From assembly GCA_951406725.2 (NCBI GenBank), contig OX597823.1:71672001-71736000 (forward strand): a DNA stretch of 64,000 bases, written 5' to 3'. Below are positions 51,920-64,000 of the stretch, in pieces. Position 1 is the first letter of the stretch; every line of letters begins with the position of its first letter. The stretch comes from Octopus vulgaris (Eukaryota). The notes beneath the pieces were generated by a model. That model was not told where the DNA came from. It ran no database searches and saw only the letters and a program-made list of their open reading frames with translations. Position numbers and translations under genes: made by a program.

Positions 51920-53499
51920 GTGAGAACAAATGAAATAACTCCTAATATAATAATGAACGTAGCATTTTTATATATTTATTTTATTTTTATTTTATTTTAT
52001 CTAGTTTCAGCTCATGAGCTGTGACCATGCTGGGGCACTGCCATTTGTATGTTTGTGTATATATATATGTGTGTGTGTGTGTGTGTCCAGAATCATGCCG
52101 GATGCAGAGGGGGAGAGAAAATGTTAATTCAGTGAAGGAGAAGTATTGAGAGTAATATCCCTGACTGGGAGGGAGTGAGAGAAAGTAATAGCAATGAGAG
52201 AGAGAGGAAAGGGTGATAGATGAATAAGGAAGGAAGGGATGAAAAGAAAAACATCAGTGTTTTAACTCTGTGTGAGTATTTGTGTTTATGTGTGTGTGTA
52301 CAAATGAAGTATGTGAATGTTTGTACGTGTGATTATTATTTACCATATTTTATGCCTTATTATAAATATAATTAGCCATCATTATTGACAGCATGTGGTC
52401 AGCTAGTATAAATTATATAAAGTAATCAAAATCAAAATCGATCATCATCAATGGAAATTGTAGCTGTGATACCAGTGCCGATTGCACATAAGAGAACCAT
52501 CCGAACGTGGCCGTTGCCAGCGCCGCCGCGACTGGCTTCCATGCCGGTGGCACGTAAAAAGCACCGTCCGATTGTGGCTGTTTGCCAGCCTCGTCTGGCC
52601 CTTGAGTCGGTGGCACGTAAAAAGCACCCACTACACTCATGGAGTGGTTGGCGTTAGGAAGGGCATCCAGCCGTAGAAACATTGCCAAATCAGACTGGGC
52701 TTGGTGCAGCCTTCTGGCTTCCCAGACCCCAGTTGAACCGTCCAACTCATGCCAGCAGGGAAAGCGGACGCAAAATGATGATGATGATGAGTTCAGTCGC
52801 ATGGTGTAGAACCATAGAAGGATGTCTTCTACTGTAACCCCAGCCTGGCTAGGGGCTTGTGAGTGGTTTTAGTAGACAGAAACTGGAAAAACACCCATCA
52901 TGTATATATGTATATGTGTGTGTGTGTGTGTGTGTGTGCATGCATGTATTCATGCATGTACACGTGTGTGTGTGCATGCATGTGTGCATATATGCTTGTG
53001 TGTGCATGTGTATGTGAGAGTGTATGAATGTGTGTGTTTATGCATGTGTGTGTATATATGCATGAGCGTGTGTGTGGTGTGTGCCTGTATGTGTATGTTT
53101 GTGCATGTATTCATGCATATACATGCTAATGTGCATCTGTGTACATGTATGTGTGTGTCTGTGTGCGTGTGCATGTATGTGCATGTACACATGCGTGTGT
53201 GCAAGTGCATATGTATGTATGTCTCCTTGACTTGAGATTGCATGGTCATAGTAAACAAGTATGACCATCATGCCAGTGGTGTCATTTATTCATAACCTTT
53301 TGTGTAAACACAGCCATCACTGTGGTAATGGCATGAGTGGGGTTGTCATCAGGAAGTGCATACAGGCATAGAAAATCTACACAACAAATTCCATCCAACC
53401 CATGCAAGCATGAAAAAGTGGACACTAAGACACTGAAAGTGAAGGAAATGGTGGGGTGCTTATGCTAGTGGCTGCAGCTATCTATCTATCCGCTCAGTC

Positions 53500-53680
53500 G
53501 AAGTTGACTCTCAGTTACTCATTGGATCAGTGTCCTCCAGTCAGTTCTATCCTGGGCCGCTTCTTTCAGATTGTCTATGTCCATTCCGGTATCACTCTTG
53601 ATGGTGTCAAGCCAGCAGGTTCTTGGTTGGCCTCTTCCTCTCTTGCCACTGACGATTCCGAGCAGCAGTGATGTATAAAT
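53500..53680 (-). mobile_element. RTE-type LINE 3' fragment
   Basis: LLGIVSGKRGRGQPRTCWLDTIKSD C-terminal motif; similar relics near 27450-27900 and 62050-62400. Confidence 0.65.
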
Positions 53681-55534
53681 ATAGCTGCCTCTCAGTTTAA
53701 ATAGTGGTTTGGTTCTAGAGGTCACCATGCAAAAGCAAATCACAATTGACAATATCGACAAAATTCCAGTTTTTTTAATATTATCTATTGAAAAAAGCAG
53801 AAAGAAAATTTAAACTATTATTTAATGAAATGTGGATAATAAGTACAAATATTCTATATGTACGTAGGTATGTGCAAGTGTGATTGCTGTGTATGTAACA
53901 GTGCTGTCTACCAAATCCACTCACAAGGCTTTGGTTGGCCCGAGGCTACAGTAGAAGACACTTGCCCAAGTTGTCATACAGTGGGGCTGAACCCAGAACC
54001 ATGTGGTTGGAAAATAAAAAAAATAATGCAGACTGCAGTTTATAATGTTTCACCAAAAAGGAAAACTATTATCATCACTAAATATGACTAGGGTGTTAGG
54101 AACACCTACATTGCTAGAAATAAAAGCTAAAATGCCCTAATGCTATATTCAAAGCATGCAATTGTACACATATACAGTGACAGGAACTGTGATCGTCCGA
54201 ATACACTGTTCAAGATTTCTTTACTGGCAGTTAGTTTTGGCAGTTTCTGTTGCCTTATCAGTAAGGACTGGCTTGACTTCAGCAGTTTCCAGACTTAATT
54301 CTCTATCAGTATATATGTTTACATCATAAAAATCTATGGATGATTTAGCTAATCACTAATGTGTATACGGAAAATTAATGTATACATATTATATATATAT
54401 ATATATATCACTATGACCGACCAGGCTATCAGATGTTGCTCCACATCGCTGGTCACAATGCATTTCACATTGTTTTAGCCTTCAAATGACGCCACCCTGC
54501 TGGCTAAGTGAGCAGGCCAACAGAAGAAAGAGTAAGAGAAATTTGTGGCGAAAGAGTACAGCAGGGATTGCCACCACCCCCTGCCGAGGCCTCGTGGAGC
54601 TTTAGGTGTTTTCGCTCAATAAACACTCACAACGCCCGGTCTGGGAATCAAAACCGCGATCCTACAACCATGAGTTTGCTGCCCTAACCACTGGGCCATT
54701 TCACCTCCACATATATACATATATACATACATATATATATATCTATATTTTATCTATCTATCTATCTACCTATCTATATTTACATATCATCATTGTCATT
54801 TAATGTCTGTGTTCCATGCTGGCATGGTTGGACAGTTTGACTGAGAACTGGCAAGCCAGAAGGCTGTACCAGGCTCCAATCTGATCTAGTAAGGTTTCTA
54901 CAGCTTGATGCCCTGGCACAAGGGCCAGTCAGGTGGTGCTGGCATCAACTGCGCTTGAATGGTGCTCTTTACGTGCCACCAGCATGGGAGCCAGTCATGT
55001 GGTACTGGCAATGACCACACTCGAATGGTGCTTTTGATGTGCCACCTGCATGGGAACCAGTCAGGTGGCACTGGCAATGATCCATGCTCAAATGGTGCTT
55101 TTTACATGCCACTGGCATGGAAGCCAGTCATGTGGCACTGACAATGGCCAGGCTTGAACGGTGCTTTTTACGTACCACTGGCACAGGTGCCAGTCATGCG
55201 GTATTGGCATTAGCCATGACAACGACTTCACAAGCACAGTTTATTGCCCAATGATTGATATATATATATATATTAGCTGGTGTTTTCAAAGCGATGAATA
55301 GCTTTTTGCAGAAACCATGGTTCGCTTTGTTCTCTTACTTTATTATCATCTTATAATCATCTCATAATAATGACTTTTATAACTTTTATTACTACCTCAG
55401 TCGATCTAAATATATATATTTGTCGTTACCTGTCATAAAAAAGCCTTTTTTTATTTGCAATGTGCACTTTCGTTGATTTTTCATATTTTACCCTTACATT
55501 TCCACATGTATTTTACATTTTCTTTTTGTACATA

Positions 55535-55627
<93 letters not shown>

Positions 55628-57606
55628 CATGGTCTGGAGCCAACATTGGTTGAAACTTATCTAAGTAGAAAGGAAGAGAAAGTACTGTATTAATACTCAA
55701 CTGTTATCTTCAAGCCGAAAAAGTTGGTCTTTTCACAATGTTTTGAGATAATGTTTCTATGTTTTTATGATGTATGTTTAAAGTTATTGAACACCCAGTA
55801 TTTCATACCGGTTTTGATTTTCCTTTATCTCTTTTATTGCTTTTTTTATTGTTCTAACAGTTTTATTGTTGATATTGTGAATACACATGGCCTGGTGGTT
55901 AGGGTGTTGCTCTCAACATTGCAATGTTTCAATTCCCCAACTGAGTGGTGCATTGTGTTCTTGAGCAAGACACTTCATTTCACATTGCTCTGCAATCACT
56001 TCAACACCTGATGTGCTGTACACCATGCACTTGTTCAGGCAACACCAATTTTATGGTGGGAGTGGACTAATGTATGGCATATACATTTGATCACTATAAG
56101 CAAATCATTTATGGAGGCTGTTCGGCAAAAGCTGGACACAAATATGTCATCTTTGATGAGAGAGTCCACAATTGTTGATATTAAGCAGTTTTGCATTTCT
56201 CATTTCTTCCCATTTTGAAGTCAATTTAATATCCTAATTCAATTTCCAGAGAAAATGACTTTTTTGACAGTTGATAATTCTTATTTAGTTTTGAAAATAT
56301 GTTTGAAAAATATATGATAATAATTCTTACTTATGTGTTATCCACTTCATTATCTGAGTAGTGAAATGAAAGTAAAATAAAAGGGAAATGAAAATCTTAA
56401 AAGGAAATAAGTGTTATTTCTGTACACAAAGACAATCACAACTATGGCCAAACCTACTTGGTCACAGAATCTACACTATAGCAACTTTCATAAGGAAATA
56501 TCTGAGGTGGAAATGTTAAAAGTTGCTTGTAGCTGACTGGTCGACTGTCTGAATGTCACTGTCTGGGGCTACAACATAAGTGTCTGTCTTTTACTTGATT
56601 CAGTCATTTGATTGTGACCATGCTGGGATATGGCCTTGAAGGGTTGAACAAATCGACCCCAGATCTTACTTTTCAATGTCTAGTACTTATTCTATCAATA
56701 TCTTTGGCTGAACTGATTGTCAAGCATTGGTGGAGGACAAATACAGACACAAAGATATACACATAGATATATATATATATGTACGATGGGCTTCTTTCAG
56801 GCTCCATCTATCAAATCCACTAAGCTACAGTAGAAGACACCTGCCCAAGATGCCATGCAGTGAGACTGAACCCAGAACCATGTGACTGGGAAGCAAGCTT
56901 CTTACCACACAGCCACGCCTGCATGTGTGTATAAAATAGATATTTAGCCCATAAAAAGTCAACTGATGCCCTTATTACAAGTGAAATCTATCTGTAAGAC
57001 CACTTCATTATAAATAAACCTTTCAGAAGATTTATAAGTAACTCATCTTAATTGTTTATTCTCTATCAATGTTTGTTTACTGCCTGTCTTACTATAAAAA
57101 TTGGAAATAATTGTAAATGATCTACACATAATTAGTATAGATCATTTGCAATTATTTCCAATTAGTGACTTATTTCCAGTAAGTCATAGCTATTTTGGCA
57201 TGTATATGTAATATCTCTTTGTTGGATCTGCTGGATGTGATAGTACTTTTAAAGTGTTTTAGTTGTTAGGTTCCAGGTCAAATTTGACTAAATAAGCTTT
57301 TTGTTTTCAGTAAAGAATGATGTGAATACTATTAGAATTCAATATTCAAACTGGCCATATCAGGCCCAAATATTCTACCTGCTTTGCATTCAAAGTAACC
57401 AGATCAAGCTTTGCACACCTACCTCACAATGTTTTTCTAAAAATAAATGGCATGTCATTGAAATCTGAAAGCTATGAGAAAATGTATGATAAATTCAAAA
57501 CAATGTGAATGAAAAAGCATTACATTTGACAGAGTAATCTGAATGCTAAAGGATTATGATACATATAACTGAATTACTTCTATCAATTTATTTCTTTTAT
57601 GTGAAG

Positions 57607-57774
57607 GCATGGAAACATTGGTTTGATGATAATGTCCCAGAAGAGGCCCAAATACCAGATGGCTACACTGAATCATTAGATTCTTGGCACAAACTGTTAC
57701 TGATACGCTCATGGTGTCCAGATCGTGTTATTCCTATGGCAAGGATATTTGTTTCTGAAGCAATGGGACCTCAG
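57607..57774 (+). CDS. DNAH5: Dynein exon 13
   Basis: gtgaag|GCA; AWKHWFDDNVPEEAQIPDGY...LLLIRSWCPDRVIPMARIFVSEAMGPQ; CAG|gtgtgt; 168 nt. Confidence 0.93.
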
Positions 57775-58091
57775 GTGTGTATCCTGATACTGATGGTTCT
57801 CTCTCTCTCTCTCTTTCTCTCTATCCATCTCTCTTTCTCTCTATCCATCTCTCTTTCTCTTTGTTTTCCTATCTAACATTGCCACATATGTCTGTAACAT
57901 TTCATATTCATAATTGAAGAAGTAAAATAATACTGGTAATAAAGTGATTCTTTCTTTCTTTTTTGTTTATAACTGACAAAATTAGTTCTATGTTTGTGAC
58001 CAAACTTAATAGATAATATACAACTTACCTGCTAGACATCTTGTATTTGTATTTCATCTCAATAAATGCATTTGCTTCTTTTAATCAGGTA

Positions 58092-58816
58092 CTAGCAGTA
58101 TAGTGTAGCGATGCTCGAGTTTGCTCTGAATGTGCTGCAAATGTGTAATGCTGACTTCAGTTGTTGGTATTGTTGGTTAATATTCCTTCTATTAACATTA
58201 TGGAGAAAAAAATTACCTATTGTTTTTAAGCAAAATGAAGCTCAAGTTTCGAACTGCACTGAAAATCTATCAAGAAGTTAACACTGCTACAGTATTCATT
58301 AAGAAAAAGTACAGGAAAATCCAAAACGTTAGTAAGAACAGTTTGTGGTTACAAAAAAAACAAAAAAAATGTTATTTTGAAGCCAAACGGGTGGGCAACA
58401 TGAATCGTGGTTGTACCTGTAAAATGAATAAAATCGACTATTTTACATCATGTATAACTAAAAAAATCCGTAAAATCAAAACATACCCATTGAAGGTTTG
58501 ACTTGAACATGGTAGATAGTTCACACTTTTTCTGGTTGAAATACACCGAAGAGTGGCGACACAGCAGTAAAAAAAATCGTTAAAAAATAGGGATTTTCAT
58601 AGAAAAAAAGCACCTTTTTGGTGTAAATAATTTTTGGTCTTAACATAGTCTGATATAAATTTTTTCTTCTATGGAATGAAGAGCAAGCCTTCTTCTATCA
58701 TACTCTCAATTTTGGTCAACTTGCGCCACAGGGTCTCGAAGGAGATAGTATTAGTTGAAGGCTACCAAACCTGCCACACACACACACAGAAAACTTCAGC
58801 TTTATATATATATAGA
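58092..58816 (-). mobile_element. Helitron-like element, longer variant with a different internal segment
   Basis: Family body 58521-58816; degenerate CTAG end at 58092; about 400 bp between them not seen in the other three copies. Confidence 0.6.
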
Positions 58817-59812
58817 TTTGGACTCATCTTTCCAGTTTAAATTTTACGATAAAAAATATAAAACTGGCTTTTTAGAAAAGGCTGAATGTCACTGGATATT
58901 TCATGGACAGTTGGAGAATAAATTGGTTACAAATTTTGGCACAAAGCCAGCAAATTTGGAGGAGGGGGTGAGTCAATCACGTTGACCCCAATGCTTAACT
59001 GGTACTTGTTTTATTGGCCCTAAAAGGGTGAAAGACAAAGTTGGCCTCAGTGGAATTTGAACTCAGAATGTGAAGACAGATGAAAAGCCACTAAGCACTT
59101 TGCCTGCTTTGCTAAAGACTCCAGTTGAATAATATATTCAACTGCCTCAGTTGAAGAATATATTGGTAAAATTTCTTTTAAGGTTTATTGGCTTTTTGTC
59201 TTTGTACAGTCATGAAAATATATATCATTATTATTATAATGATGTATATAACAGCATAGTCTCTTGGAGAGATTATGCTGTTAATCTCACAGAAATGTCT
59301 TTATAAAGTATCAGTAATATCAACATAGTTAACTACTATTACTGGATAAGGATTAGGGATCCCTTTTGTTTTAATATCTATTAGTCTTACTAAATCATAT
59401 TCAAATGTATCCCCAGGTAGATATAATCATTCTGTGCTATCTGTGCCTTTTTTCTGTGAGTCAAATGCAGTTTTAATGGTTCTACCAAAACTCAAGCATT
59501 GTACATTGTAGCATTGTTGATTTTTAAAACTTGCACTGCTCCCTGAATGACAATTATTCCTTCGTATATTCATTTTATGTGCTCTTCTGTTAATTACCAT
59601 TGATTTAGACAGACTCTGTGTAAGATGGAGGACAAAATGTAAGTGTAAGTTTGTTTAAACAGTAACCATTTTCCCAAAGCTGGTAATTATAGAGCAAAAG
59701 AAGTTAGGTGGATTTGTGCAAGTAAACTAATTTCATATTCTGACAAACTGGCTTTCATATTTTCATACCACAATGTCAAATAAAAAAAATCTTTTTAAAT
59801 TGATTGTTACAG

Positions 59813-59948
59813 TTTGCCGAAAGTGGAATTTTGAATTTAGAAGATATCTGTGATGAATCTGACAATCACACTCCTTTGATTTGCTTTCTGTCAATGGGTT
59901 CTGATCCGACAAGCAATATTGAGAAGCTTGCTAAAAAGAAAGTTATGA
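59813..59948 (+). CDS. DNAH5: Dynein exon 14 (AAA6 start)
   Basis: ttacag|TTT; FAESGILNLEDICDESDNHTPLICFLSMGSDPTSNIEKLAKKKVM; A|gtaagt. Confidence 0.94.
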
Positions 59949-60451
59949 GTAAGTATTAACTTGTAATTATAATACTCCAGTTTACATATAATGGTATCAA
60001 AAAGGAATTGCAAATTGAATTTTTAGTATCTGCTATTGACCTGGCAGAAGCAATTTGAATTTTTACAGTTGAACTGTGTCTGCAATTTAAAATGAAAATT
60101 TGCTTTAATTCTTCAAACAATTTTATTCTTCAGTTTCCTTTATGCCCCAAAACAATTTCTTTTTCTTCATTTTATTTTTACCTTTATTGTAAATAAATTT
60201 ATTTAATGAGACAATGTAATGAATGTCACATGTAATTAATTGTTATGGTGTTTACTTTAATGGAAGAACTGATTGATTCTTATATATCCAACTTAGCTAA
60301 AGAATATATGAAATATATATTTAGTAAGACTACATAAAGATCATCTGTGAAAGAACTGATTAAATATATAATGTAGGACAAATAGTTACAAGGGATAAGA
60401 TTCATGATCTAATGATTATAATTTATTTTGCTGATCAGTGAGATTTAAGAA

Positions 60452-60779
60452 AGTGAGGGCACGTGGCTTAGTGGTTAGGGCATTCGGCTCATGATCGTAA
60501 GGTTGTGAGTTCGATTCCCGGCGACGCGTTGTGTCCTTGAGCAAGACACTTTATTTCACGTTGCTCCAGTCCACTCAGCTGGCAAAAATGAGTTGTACTT
60601 GTATTTCAAAGGGTCAGCCTTGTCACTCTCTGTGTCACGCTGATTATCCCCGAGAACTACGTTAAGGGTACACGTGTCTGTGGAATGCTCAGCCATTTGC
60701 ACGTTAATTTCACGAGCAAGCTGTTCCGTTGATCGTATCAGCTGGGACCCTTGTCGTCGTAACCGGCGGAGTCTTTTAA
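60452..60779 (+). mobile_element. tRNA-headed CORE-like SINE family A, young copy with 12-bp target duplication
   Basis: A box tggcttagtgg, B box gagttcgattcc, gtgtccttgagcaagacac; gagatttaagaa at 60440-60451 and 60780-60791; older copy 60985-61290. Confidence 0.88.
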
Positions 60780-61696
60780 GAGATTTAAGAAGAACATAAT
60801 TTAATAATATAGGTCTTATTAGAAGCATTCATTTTGCTTTCAAAACTCTGTCTCCAAAACAGCAACATAGTGCTAAATAGAAATTTTTAATTTCCTTGTC
60901 AAATTACATAAGGAAAAACTGTTTGTTATTTTACTGGTTTCATTTTGGAAAGAATCACTTTACCTACGAAATATATGTGTTGAGTGAAGGTGTGTGGCTT
61001 AGTGGTTAGGGTATTTGGCTCTCAGTCATCAGGTCATGAGTTCAATTCCCAGTGATGTGTTGTGTCCTTGAGCAAGACACTTTATTTCACGTTGCTCTAG
61101 TCCACTAAGCTGACAAAAATGAGTAGTATCTGTATTTCAAAGGGCCAGCCTTGTCACATTCCCTGTGAACTATGTTAATGGGTACACATGTCTGTGGAGT
61201 GTTCAGCCACCGGCACATTAATTTCACAGGCAGGTTGTTTCATTGATCTGATCAGCAGGAACCCCCATCATCATAACCAGCAGAGTGCTTTTATATGAGT
61301 TGGATTGTTTTGTCATATGTACTCATTGCACCATATTCTTTGAGAATGAATGTTTAGACTAAGTAAAATTAGGATTAGGGTTAGTAAAATAATCTTCTTA
61401 CTAACTTATTAAAAACTCCCTCATTTTACTATTGAAGGTAAGTGCTAAGAAGAACATAACATCAAGTTGTCCATTTGTTCAACAAATACACCTTGAAGTC
61501 AAACACTATTACTTGACTTCTGTTTCTTGAGGCTAAAACTAAACAGTAAAGGTATTTATTTCAAAAGTCTGAGAGGATCTTCAAAGTTTTTGGTTACCTT
61601 GCTTCATTTTTGAATAGCTACTAAAAGAAATCATTCTAAAGATGCCTGAGTTGAAGTGACAAGAAATTCTTTTAACATCAATAATTTGACTTGCAG

Positions 61697-61836
61697 AATG
61701 TGGTGCCATATCCATGGGACAAGGTCAAGAGGTCCATGCCAGAAAATTAGTGAGTATGTCAATGCAAGAGGGTCATTGGGTCTTGCTACAGAACTGCCAT
61801 CTTGGATTAGAATTCATGACTGAATTATTTGTCACT
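61697..61836 (+). CDS. DNAH5: Dynein exon 15 (AAA6)
   Basis: ttgcag|AA; [47 protein letters not shown]; gtaagt. Confidence 0.95.
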
Positions 61837-63055
61837 GTAAGTAAACTTTTTTCCAGTTCAGAGACATTTTAACTTTTAGATGTTTGTCTTGCATTTTGGG
61901 TGCTTGATGGAAAGGGTTTGTTGATATTATGGTAAATGGTACATATTCTTCCTTTTGTGTTCCTGTCTTTTTTTATGATTTCTTGTGGGGCGATTTCCAG
62001 GAGAATTCTGATAAGGGTTTCTTCTTGTATTGCATTATGCTTGCTTGCTTCATGCTTCATGCTCTCACTTGATGGGACTGGGGTCATCCCAGATTAGTGG
62101 TCTCAGACGCATCATCATGTGTAGAGTCAACCTGGTCCACCAGTGCTCTCCATCACTGGCGGTCCCTTGCCAGCTCCTCTGCATCCTGCAAGATGACATT
62201 GAGCTTCTGGAAATCTTTCCCAATCACATCCAACCATCTGACATGGGGCCTTCCACAGGGCCTCTTCCTGCCCATAGCTGCTGCATTGAACATGAGTAAG
62301 GCCCTGATAGGATGAACTGGTTGGAGGTAAAAGATGTCAGTAATAGCACATGCAGTAGGAAGCTCTGGGCTGGAATGTGCATGCATGCAGCTCTTCATTG
62401 GAAACATGTATTGCAGTGTGAATATTTTATTTGATGTTGTTATTGCGACAGTATAGCATATAGTGTAACCCTTTTTGTTGATGCTGATACTAATTATTCT
62501 GTGGTTTACCAGTTTTTTTTTTATTTATGTTGGATATAAACGATTATTTACTTGTTTAACACCAGTTGAATGTGGTTTTACTGTAAGGTGTTTGAAGTTG
62601 TGTCTAGCTTTTATGAGGTTGGCTATTTTTGATGTGCAACTGAGGTTGTATTTTCTATTGTATTTTCTATGTTACCTTGTTGAACGGATTTTTAAATACG
62701 TTTCTATAATTACGGAGATGTACTTGCATAGCAAGTGACCTGATGTGAGATCGTTTGCTGGCAAACATCCGTGCTGCATCTCCGTGATGCAGCATGGAGT
62801 TTTGTCAGTGAACAGGTCGTGGTCGCAAAGCGATGAAAATATTTTGATAAATTAAATTTAAATGTTGCAGTGAATCTAACGGTTTTTGTGTTTCTTAAAT
62901 GGCTTATAAACACCTTCCACACTAATTGTTTTCTATAATTATTTTGTTGAAATTATTTAATGTGGGGCCTATGATAAACTAATTGATTTAGGTACGAGAG
63001 GTGACTAATGATTGTTGAATTAATAAAAGAAAATATAAACTTGTTTCTTTTCAAG

Positions 63056-63220
63056 GTGACTACTATAGATAAAATCAATGAGGACTTCCGTTGTTGGGTA
63101 ACCACAGAAGAACATCCAAAGTTCCCAATTAATCTTCTCCAGGTGTCTCTTAAATTTACCAATGAGCCACCCCAGGGAATAAAAGCTGGGTTAAAAAGGA
63201 CTTATGGCAATGTGACGCAG
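63056..63220 (+). CDS. DNAH5: Dynein exon 16 (AAA6)
   Basis: ttcaag|GTG; [55 protein letters not shown]; gtaatg; 165 nt. Confidence 0.95.
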
Positions 63221-63558
63221 GTAATGTTTGCCTAGTTCCTACTTCTCTCTGTAGTATAGAGTACCAATATTTCTGGTAGTGCTGGTGGAAATAAGAACAG
63301 ATATAAAAATAATAACAATGCTGATGCTGGTGTTGGTGCTGATGCTGATGCTGCTGTTGTTGTTGTTAAGCAACAAGACGGGTAAGGGTGATTAGGTGAT
63401 GGTCTAGGACTTAGGGGCGGGAGACCCCAGACCTTGGAAAAAAAAAAAACTTTGGTCATCTTGTTGTAGTCGAGGGCTCTTCGTTGATGCCCGACACCAC
63501 TGGGAGGTGACCCTCGAAGTTGCTCAAAATAGAGATCTCCAGGTCTAAATTCTTCAAT

Positions 63559-63579
63559 GGCTGCTGCTGCTGCTGCTGC

Positions 63580-63630
<51 letters not shown>

Positions 63631-63730
63631 ATTGGTGGTGGTGGTGGTGGCAGCAGTGTTGTTGTTGTCATTGTTGGTATTGTTGTTGTTTTTGTCGTTG
63701 TTGTGGTGTTGACAGCAGTGGTGATGACAA
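63559..63730. repeat. (GCT)n(GTT)n(GGT)n compound microsatellite just upstream of the exon 17 acceptor
   Basis: Read directly. Confidence 0.95.
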
Positions 63731-63754
63731 TGTTTCTTTTGTTGTTTTACACAG

Positions 63755-63949
63755 GAGCAACTGGATATTAATGCTACACTAACATGGAAAATAATGTTGT
63801 ACGCTGTAGGATTTCTGCACACAACTGTTCAAGAAAGGAGGAAATTTGGCCCGATAGGCTGGAATATTCCCTATGAGTTCAACCAAGCAGATTTCACAGC
63901 AACTGTGCAATTCATTCAGACACATTTAGATGAAATTGACCCCAAGAAA
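63755..63949 (+). CDS. DNAH5: Dynein exon 17 (AAA6 lid)
   Basis: acacag|GAG; [65 protein letters not shown]; gtaagt; 195 nt. Confidence 0.95.
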
Positions 63950-64000
63950 GTAAGTATCCCTTATTTAAGAACACAGTCTATAAGGCATTATGTTTTAGAA

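Larger units (their letters stand above)
1104..63949 (+). other. DNAH5: Internal part (17 exons) of an axonemal outer-arm dynein heavy chain gene, DNAH5/DNAH8-type; the gene extends beyond both window edges
   Basis: Spliced translation gives contiguous dynein motifs in the order I recall for human DNAH5: [94 protein letters not shown]. All introns are GT-AG. DNAH5 versus DNAH8 cannot be resolved; likely a co-orthologue. Confidence 0.95.

Noticed and set aside
60452-60530. tRNA gene candidates (also near 36350-36428 and 60985)
   Set aside because: A and B boxes run straight into a multi-copy SINE body with a target duplication; these are SINE heads.
63232-63822. 196-aa minus-strand ORF and overlapping poly-Q/poly-C ORFs
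   Set aside because: Mostly (GTT)/(GCT) repeats plus the antisense of exon 17.
1104-63949. Whole dynein gene as a pseudogene
   Set aside because: Only one lesion, in an error-prone homopolymer; all other exons and splice sites are intact.

Overview
This is AT-rich, microsatellite-dense animal genomic DNA; the repeat landscape suggests Octopus or another coleoid cephalopod (inferred from recalled repeat families, not searched). The whole window lies inside one + strand gene, an axonemal outer-arm dynein heavy chain of the DNAH5/DNAH8 type. I traced 17 consecutive GT-AG exons (about 3.09 kb coding, about 1030 codons) running from the stalk coiled coil and microtubule-binding domain through AAA5 into AAA6. 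All junction phases join except at exon 8, where an A9 run (39605-39613) breaks the frame. The introns (the largest is 22.5 kb) are filled with mobile DNA: a full-length but dead IR/DR-type Tc1, mariner and piggyBac-like MITEs, four non-autonomous Helitron copies, RTE, CR1-like, Penelope and gypsy relics, and several tRNA-headed SINE families. The most unusual signal is a recurring class of short 'hairpin plus one-sided tail' insertions, some with variable-length target duplications and most embedded in (TA)n. There are also fold-back duplications of flanking DNA at (TA)n tracts, one of which brackets the Tc1. I found no evidence for a prokaryote-style novel system; most of the long ORFs in the track are microsatellite or transposon artefacts.
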